Shown here: positions 10,158 through 15,413 of the stretch, piece after piece | How the letters are laid out: each line of letters starts with the position of its first letter | How positions within the stretch are numbered: position 1 is the first letter of the stretch | Assembly (NCBI GenBank): GCA_963662265.2 | Contig: CAXXHA010000031.1 | Span: 1-15,413, forward strand | Source: Spirochaetia bacterium | Lineage (GTDB): Bacteria > Spirochaetota > Spirochaetia > CADAEX01 | DNA: 15,413 nt | Reading direction: 5' to 3' | Translations under genes and position numbers: made by a program | Notes under the pieces: model-generated | The model's input: the letters and a program-made list of their open reading frames with translations, nothing else | Database searches by the model: none | What the model was told of the DNA's origin: nothing

Positions 10158-10186
10158 TTGTTTAGGGAAACTGGTTGTACTATAAT
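10158..10186 (+). promoter_or_regulatory. Putative sigma70 promoter of the peroxiredoxin gene
   Basis: TTGTTT (10158-10163), a 17 nt spacer, then TATAAT (10181-10186), 39 nt upstream of ATG 10226. Confidence 0.5.
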
Positions 10187-10225
10187 TTTAGGTACTATAT
10201 TCAATTTAAAAAGGAGATCAATTAC

Positions 10226-10936
10226 ATGGAACACGAAGAAGTATCATTTGCCATGCCACGGATCGGCGACAAAGCACCAGTTTTCAAAGCAGTCACTACC
10301 CAGGGAGAGATAAATTTCCCTTCAGATTACAGCGGCAACTGGGTAATTCTATTCAGCCATCCCGCAGACTTCACACCAGTATGCACATCAGAATTTATTA
10401 CTTTCGCATCAATGGAACAGGATCTACTTAAAGCAAACTGCAAACTTGTAGGGCTTTCTGTAGATGGATTATACAGTCACATTGCCTGGCTCAGGACAAT
10501 CAAGGAAAAAATTGAATACAAGGGTAAAAAGAATGTAGAAGTCAATTTTCCACTGATTGAAGATATAACAATGGAAGTTGCTAAAAAATACGGAATGATT
10601 CAGCCGGGAGAAGACACCACAAAAGCTGTAAGAGCAGTTTTTTACATTGATCCGAAAGGGGTAATCAGAACAATTATCTATTATCCTCTCAGCCTGGGCC
10701 GTAATTTTGATGAAATATACAGGGTTCTGATTGCCCTGCAGACTTCTGATAATTTTGATGTAGCAACCCCTGCTGACTGGAGACCAGGCGATGATGTTAT
10801 AATTTCTCCTGCAGGATCTTGCGGTGTCGCTAAAAACAGGATGGATGGAAAAGAAGAAATGGAATGCCAGGACTGGTTTTTCTGTACCAGGAAGATTGAT
10901 AAAGACAAGATATTGAATAAAATCCTGAAAAAATAA
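10226..10936 (+). CDS. Peroxiredoxin, Prx6 (archaeal/bacterial TDXH-like) subfamily
   Basis: RBS AAGGAG, then ATG 10226 (236 aa). Active-site motif FSHPADFTPVCTSEF, plus GRNFDEI and ATPADW, and C-terminal CQDWFFC like the CxDWWFC of Aeropyrum-type Prx. Confidence 0.95.
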   Translation: MEHEEVSFAMPRIGDKAPVFKAVTTQGEINFPSDYSGNWVILFSHPADFTPVCTSEFITFASMEQDLLKANCKLVGLSVDGLYSHIAWLRTIKEKIEYKGKKNVEVNFPLIEDITMEVAKKYGMIQPGEDTTKAVRAVFYIDPKGVIRTIIYYPLSLGRNFDEIYRVLIALQTSDNFDVATPADWRPGDDVIISPAGSCGVAKNRMDGKEEMECQDWFFCTRKIDKDKILNKILKK

Positions 10937-11017
10937 TTAATTCTGCCTGCAGAGATTTACTCACATATGAAATTCCTGGCTGATGTCAGAGACAAGAAAA
11001 AGACGTCAGGAAATTTA

Positions 11018-11037
11018 CCCCCGCCTGAAAGCGGGGG
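11018..11037. terminator. GC-rich hairpin between convergent prx and betaine-binding-protein genes
   Basis: CCCCCGC-CTGAAA-GCGGGGG, 8 nt past the stop of the minus-strand gene. A second, weaker hairpin lies at about 10970-11016. Confidence 0.6.
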
Positions 11038-11045
11038 CAGATGTT

Positions 11046-11942
11046 TTATTTGATCCAGTCAGCAATAACTTCTTCGTTTTCTTTCAGCCATTCTCGTGCA
11101 GCATCTTCTTCACTTTTGTTGGATTCTCTTATTGCAACCATCAGAGATCCAACTTCGCTGTTGGTAAGAATCATATTTGAAAGAAACTGTGCAAGTTCAG
11201 GTTTATCTTCTTTGATATTTTTTCTTGCTGTAATATGGATATTTCCTTCGCCCCAGACTTTTTCACCATCCTGTTCAAGGAATTTAAGGTCAAAATAGCC
11301 GAACATTGAATGAGGTTTCCATGCTGTTACAACAATCCATTCCTCATTTTTATAAGCATCTTTAAGAGCTGCCATCATAGCTGGTCCAGAGGATGCAAGT
11401 AAGTTGTATCCTGCTTCGTTAAGCCCGTATTTATCAAACACTACATTTTCAGTAGTCTTCATGATTCCGGCACCTGCATCAATACCTGTAATTGTTAAAT
11501 CAAGTTTTTTTACAGCTTCATCTTTTTTAAGATCAGAAATTGTCTTAATACCAGCATCATACATATATGTCGGGATTGCAAGTCCGCTGAGAGTTCCTTC
11601 ATAAACATGACCTAGGTCAACAAGGTCTTCACCATATTTTTCTATATAATCCTTATGCAGAACAGGAAGCCATGTTTCCATAAATGCATCCTGATCTCCG
11701 CTTGCAACGCTTGCATATGCAGGCGCAACATCTGAAGCAGTGATTGTTACATCATAACCCATCTTATCTTCAAGAACTACTTTTGCGAGGTGTGTATATG
11801 CAACACCTTCTTCCCAGTTCGCATAAACCAGGTTAGCTGTTTTAGCAGGATCTTTGGATTCATTGCTTCCGCCGGCAAAAACCGCACTGCTTAAAACCAT
11901 CATAATTAAAAATGCTGTTACAATTTTCTTGTTAAAACTCAT
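11046..11942 (-). CDS. opuAC: Glycine betaine ABC transporter substrate-binding protein (OpuAC/ProX family)
   Basis: Signal peptide ending VFAGG. Trp-cage motifs YANWEEG, TWLPVLH and AWKPH, plus GIDAGAGIM, as in B. subtilis OpuAC. Confidence 0.92.
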   Translation of the reverse strand: MSFNKKIVTAFLIMMVLSSAVFAGGSNESKDPAKTANLVYANWEEGVAYTHLAKVVLEDKMGYDVTITASDVAPAYASVASGDQDAFMETWLPVLHKDYIEKYGEDLVDLGHVYEGTLSGLAIPTYMYDAGIKTISDLKKDEAVKKLDLTITGIDAGAGIMKTTENVVFDKYGLNEAGYNLLASSGPAMMAALKDAYKNEEWIVVTAWKPHSMFGYFDLKFLEQDGEKVWGEGNIHITARKNIKEDKPELAQFLSNMILTNSEVGSLMVAIRESNKSEEDAAREWLKENEEVIADWIK

Positions 11943-11971
11943 TATTTCTCCTTATATATTTTTATAAAAAA

Positions 11972-12820
11972 TTATTTTTTATTTTTTCCCGATATATCGC
12001 TCAACGCCTGGGTTACCCTGTCAAGAAAAATTGCAAGAATAACAATTGAAACACCGCCTTCAAATCCCATGTCAATTTTGAGCTGTGTTATTCCCTTTAA
12101 AACGACATTCCCGAGACCACCTGCACCGATCATTCCCGAAATAACAACCATTGAAAGGGCAAGCATTATTGTCTGGTTTACACCAGCCATAAGTGTGGGG
12201 AGCGCAACCGGAAGTTCAGCCTTTATAAGCATCTGCTTAGGTGTAGCGCCGAAAGCCCTGCATGCTTCCTTAATCTCAACAGGAACCTGCCTTATTCCCA
12301 GGTTTGTAAGTCTTACAACAGGGGGCAGTGAAAATATCAGGGTGGCGATTACACCGGGGACAGGCCCAAGCCTGAACAGGAGTACTGCCGGTATAAGATA
12401 TACAAACGCTGGCAGTGTCTGCATAAAGTCAAGTACAGGACGGAGGACTCTCCAGGCAGAATCAGATTTTGATGCCCAGATTCCAAGTGGTATTCCTGTA
12501 AGCAAACCGAAAATCACTGCTGAAAAAACAAGGGAAAGAGTATCCATTGTTTCATTCCAGTAACCCATGTAGGCAATCATGCTGAATCCGAGAACTGAAA
12601 AAACAGCTACTCCCCTGCCAGCTATTTTCCAGGCAATAAGTGTAAAAATCACAATCATGACTATTGCAGGTGGAAAATTAAACAGCCAGTTTATGCCATC
12701 GAGAAATCCCTCTACTATTAAAGCAATAAAATCAAACAGCCAGTCAGCGTTATCTGTCAGCCATTCAATTATTTTTTCAAAGCCTTTTCCTATATCTAAA
12801 ATATTACGAATTCCATCCAT
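11972..12820 (-). CDS. opuAB: Glycine betaine/proline ABC transporter permease (OpuAB/ProW)
   Basis: Motifs PVLDFMQTLPAFVYLIP, RLTNLGIRQV, the EAA loop (EACRAFGAT) and GVNQTIMLALSMVVI. Confidence 0.95.
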   Translation of the reverse strand: MDGIRNILDIGKGFEKIIEWLTDNADWLFDFIALIVEGFLDGINWLFNFPPAIVMIVIFTLIAWKIAGRGVAVFSVLGFSMIAYMGYWNETMDTLSLVFSAVIFGLLTGIPLGIWASKSDSAWRVLRPVLDFMQTLPAFVYLIPAVLLFRLGPVPGVIATLIFSLPPVVRLTNLGIRQVPVEIKEACRAFGATPKQMLIKAELPVALPTLMAGVNQTIMLALSMVVISGMIGAGGLGNVVLKGITQLKIDMGFEGGVSIVILAIFLDRVTQALSDISGKNKK

Positions 12821-12834
12821 ATTTGTATTTATCC

Positions 12835-14081
12835 TTATTTATTCTCAATTGTCTGTTCATCAATTATTTCACTGAATACAGTTGGAGCTTCTGATTCATC
12901 AGCTCCTTCATTCATTTCTGAAATAATTACTTCTCTATCGATGATGCCCAGGAATTTATTATTCTCATTTATAACAACAAGAGGGGTTTTAGACTCAAAA
13001 GCTGTTCCAAGTAAATCTGCAATTGAAGTCTCTTTGTAAGTAGTATAAAAATCATGCCTTACAATAGAGGAGAGGTCTTTTTCTTTTTTCTTCTTAAGTT
13101 CTATTACATCTTCGATATAGATAATACCAAGCAGAATTCTTTCTGAATCAACAAGATATGCGTATGATTCACCTGTCTTCTCCATTAAATGAAGAGCTGT
13201 CTTTGGACCGTCTTTTGTTACATTTAAAAGCGGTGTTTTGTGCATTATTGTACCTGCTGTTATAACTTTTGTTCTGTCAACATTCTGGACAAATTCCTTA
13301 ACATAGCTGTCAGCAGGAGATGAGAGAATCTCTTCAGGTGTGCCTATCTGCCGGACTTTACCGTCAGGACCCAGAATAGCAATTCTGTCGCCAATCTTTA
13401 AAGCTTCATCAAGATCATGTGTAATAAAAATAATTGTCTTGTGCATGCTGGACTGAAGCTCAACAAGCTCATCCTGCATCTGGGTTCTTATAAGTGGATC
13501 AAGAGCGCTGAACGCTTCATCCATCAGGAGTATTTCAGGATCATTTGCCAGGGCTCTGGCAAGACCGACGCGCTGCTGCATACCGCCCGACAGTTCACTT
13601 GGCAGGCTGAACTCAAACCCTTCAAGCCCTACAAGCTTAAGTGCCTGAAGCGCTTTTTCTCTCCTTGATTCCTTTCCTTCACCACCCAGTTCAAGGCCGA
13701 ATTCCACGTTGCTTACAACATCCCTGTGGGGAAGAAGGCCGAAATTCTGGAAAACCATTGACATCTTATAACGCCTGAGTTCTCGAAGCTTTTCAGAACT
13801 CATTTTTACAACATCCTCGCCATCAACAATAAGTTTTCCGAATGTCGGTTTTATGAGACGGTTCAGGCATCTTATAAATGTTGATTTCCCGCTGCCTGAC
13901 AAACCCATGACAACAAAAGTTTCTTTTCTTTCAATATCAAAAGTTGCACCATTAATCGCAACTGTACATCCGGTCTTCTTTTTTACTTCCTGTTTGGACA
14001 GCCCCTTATCTGTGAGCTGTTTTGCTTTTTTGGATTAGGTCCGAATATTTTATACAAATCCCGTACTTCAATTAATGCCAT
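12835..14081 (-). CDS. opuAA: Glycine betaine ABC transporter ATP-binding subunit with C-terminal CBS domains (OpuAA/ProV); one apparent -1 indel at 14026-14031
   Basis: ATG 14081 after GAGG reads MALIEVRDLYKIFGPNPK. After a 6-A run the frame shifts to KAKQLTDKG...GCTVAINGATFDI...VVMGLSGSGKST (Walker A), then LSGGMQQRVGLARAL and LLMDEAFSALDPLIR. Adding one A gives a 415-aa ORF. Confidence 0.95.
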
Positions 14082-14166
14082 TATTATCCTCTTCCGGTAT
14101 CAACCGTTTATTTTCTGTCGTTTTTTTTATTTTTTTTCAACTCAACAAAGACCCTGTTTTTACATC

Positions 14167-14257
14167 CCGGACATCTGATATAGCCCGTTTTCCAGTCAAC
14201 ACTGTTATTGAAAATTATTTTTGCCCTGCATTCCGGACATATTGCTGTTATTGAAAA
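14167..14257. promoter_or_regulatory. Direct-repeat operator-like sites in the opuA upstream region
   Basis: CTGTTATTGAAAA occurs at 14202-14214 and 14245-14257. CCGGACAT occurs at 14167-14174 and 14233-14240. Confidence 0.4.
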
Positions 14258-14335
14258 CATATATAAACCCCCAGAAATATATTAAATATTATTTCTTGTT
14301 ACAAATTAGTTTTTATAACTGAATCAGGTTACAGC

Positions 14336-14382
14336 AAAAAAAGCACTCTAACCCTATAAGTTATTATAGAGTTAGAGTGCTT
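14336..14382 (-). terminator. Strong intrinsic terminator upstream of, and co-oriented with, the opuA operon
   Basis: The minus strand reads GCACTCTAACTCTATAA-TAAC-TTATAGGGTTAGAGTGC-TTTTTTT. This is a 17-bp stem with one U.G pair that forms only on the minus strand. Confidence 0.9.
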
Positions 14383-14465
14383 AAGTTTCGCCTTTCGACT
14401 CACTTTATACCACTTATTGTAGTATAATTCATTGCCTTGTTCAGACCCTGAATAAACCCCAGTTC
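14383..14465 (-). ncRNA. Candidate structured cis-regulatory RNA (orphan riboswitch/attenuator-like) directly 5' of the terminator
   Basis: Hand-folded stems: GGGUUU/AAACUU, UUCAG/CUGAA, UUAUACUAC/GUGGUAUAA and GUC-GAAA-GGC. The G.U pairs consistently favour the minus strand. Confidence 0.4.
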
Positions 14466-14579
14466 CAAAAAAATATTTTTCAACTCAATTTTCTTCATAA
14501 AATTTCAGCTTGTAATATTACTACAAATGCATTAACACACTCACAAAAAAAATACTAATCAAGTTTACTTCACACATGC

Positions 14580-14608
14580 ATATTATTATAATACAACAAC
14601 TTAGTCAA
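14580..14608 (-). promoter_or_regulatory. Putative sigma70 promoter driving the long opuA leader
   Basis: The minus strand reads TTGACT (14608-14603), a 17 nt spacer, then TAATAT (14585-14580). Confidence 0.5.
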
Positions 14609-14861
14609 CAGCCGACCGCTACTCCGTTATTTTCAGGACTTTACAGACAATCATAAAATAAAAAAACAACAGCTTATTATCATATAAAAAGGCTTATTGG
14701 AAATACAAACAGCCTGTTAAAAAAAAGCAGTTAACGCTTTCGCCAGACGGGCTGCATTATGTTTTTTCCTGTCTACATACAGGAAAGAAAGCTTCTCTCG
14801 TGTTCGAAAACAGAACTGCAGCTGGAATATTCTGTTATGCCATATCGCTTAAACCTGTAAC

Positions 14862-15413
14862 TTATTCCATATAAAGATAACTGTACTTCTCAGAAACTGT
14901 CTTTATCAGTGCATTCATTTCAGAAGATATCCTGCTGCTTCCAGGTTCGACATCAAACACTTCCCCGCTGCTGCTGCGAATCCTGAAAAGTCTTTCATTC
15001 AGCTTGAGAAAACCTGTATTGTCGCTGTCCTGAAAATCCTCTTCCGACCAGAAAAGTGTTACTTTATCAAGATAGGGACTCCCGTCATGGGGACAGAAAA
15101 CTGTACAGTTTCCGCATTCATTACACATACCGTCAATGTGAATTATCTGATGCCTGTCTCTGAATATTCCCAACTCATCAGAAAGGGAAACTGCAATATT
15201 CGCCCTGTTCGGGCATACTTCGGTACATACTTCACAGATTGTCCCGCAGCTGAGGCATCTCCTGTCCTCATCAGGATCGAGTTTATCGTCAGAAAGTATT
15301 CCTCTTCTTTTGGTAGATATCGCTGTCAGGAGTCTCAATACTATATCTTGTAAAATCATTATCAAGAGACAGCTTATCTAGAATATCCATCGCAATAATT
15401 CTGCTTGATCCCA
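14862..15413 (-). CDS. ygfK: C-terminal part of a YgfK-like Fe-S flavo-oxidoreductase (putative selenate reductase subunit); partial, one frameshift near 15308
   Basis: RCLSCGTICEVCTEVCPNRANIAV and QIIHIDGMCNECGNCTVFCPHDGSPYLDKVTLF match the YgfK C-terminal 4Fe-4S dicluster region. An upstream frame (RIIAMDILDKLSLDNDF...) is open to the window edge. Confidence 0.85.

Noticed and set aside
10145-10160. Second sigma54 promoter (TGGCAA...) upstream of prx
   Set aside because: There is no GC at the required GG-N10-GC spacing.
10175-10225. Extended TTG start of the peroxiredoxin (253 aa)
   Set aside because: It overlaps the predicted -10 box. A strong AAGGAG RBS supports ATG 10226 instead.
14383-14460. 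Hammerhead ribozyme (GA-GUC-GAAA-GGC-GAAAC) or NiCo-like riboswitch (CUGAACAAGGCAAUGA)
   Set aside because: There is no contiguous CUGANGA core or credible stem I for a hammerhead. The NiCo GCCGGG junction is absent and the gene context does not fit.
14383-14515. c-di-AMP (ydaO) riboswitch upstream of opuA
   Set aside because: GCUGAA and UGGGGU..AUUC..AGGG fragments resemble it, but the GGGGGACCCA and CCCGAA-CCG-CAGCUAAC elements are missing.
14719-14756. ygfK terminator (GCAG...CTGC plus T-run on the minus strand)
   Set aside because: Only about 4 contiguous closing pairs form on the minus strand, which is too weak to call.

Overview
AT-rich bacterial segment, probably from a Spirochaetales-like anaerobe (inferred from the 'VFAGGSNES'-type signal peptide of the betaine-binding protein and from the gene repertoire). 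It is a dense ion-homeostasis and stress cluster. On the + strand are ktrB, ktrA, a membrane/PAS-like hypothetical gene and corA (GTN variant). On the - strand are a stand-alone cNMP-binding protein, three tandem Hsp20 genes under a consensus sigma54 promoter, a small zinc-ribbon protein and katG. A Prx6-type peroxiredoxin is divergent from katG. The - strand then carries an OpuA/ProU glycine-betaine ABC operon and the 3' end of a ygfK-like gene. Frameshifts cluster at the two ends of the window (dense in 401-3350, single ones near 14030 and 15308) and look like long-read consensus errors. The most interesting non-coding signals are: (i) a structured, terminator-coupled leader upstream of the betaine operon that I cannot match to a known riboswitch; (ii) a covarying composite hairpin array between ktrB and ktrA; (iii) MITE-like inverted repeats upstream of ktrB; and (iv) an apparently complete sigma54 promoter/enhancer layout upstream of the sHsp genes. 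No database searches or folding computations were run.
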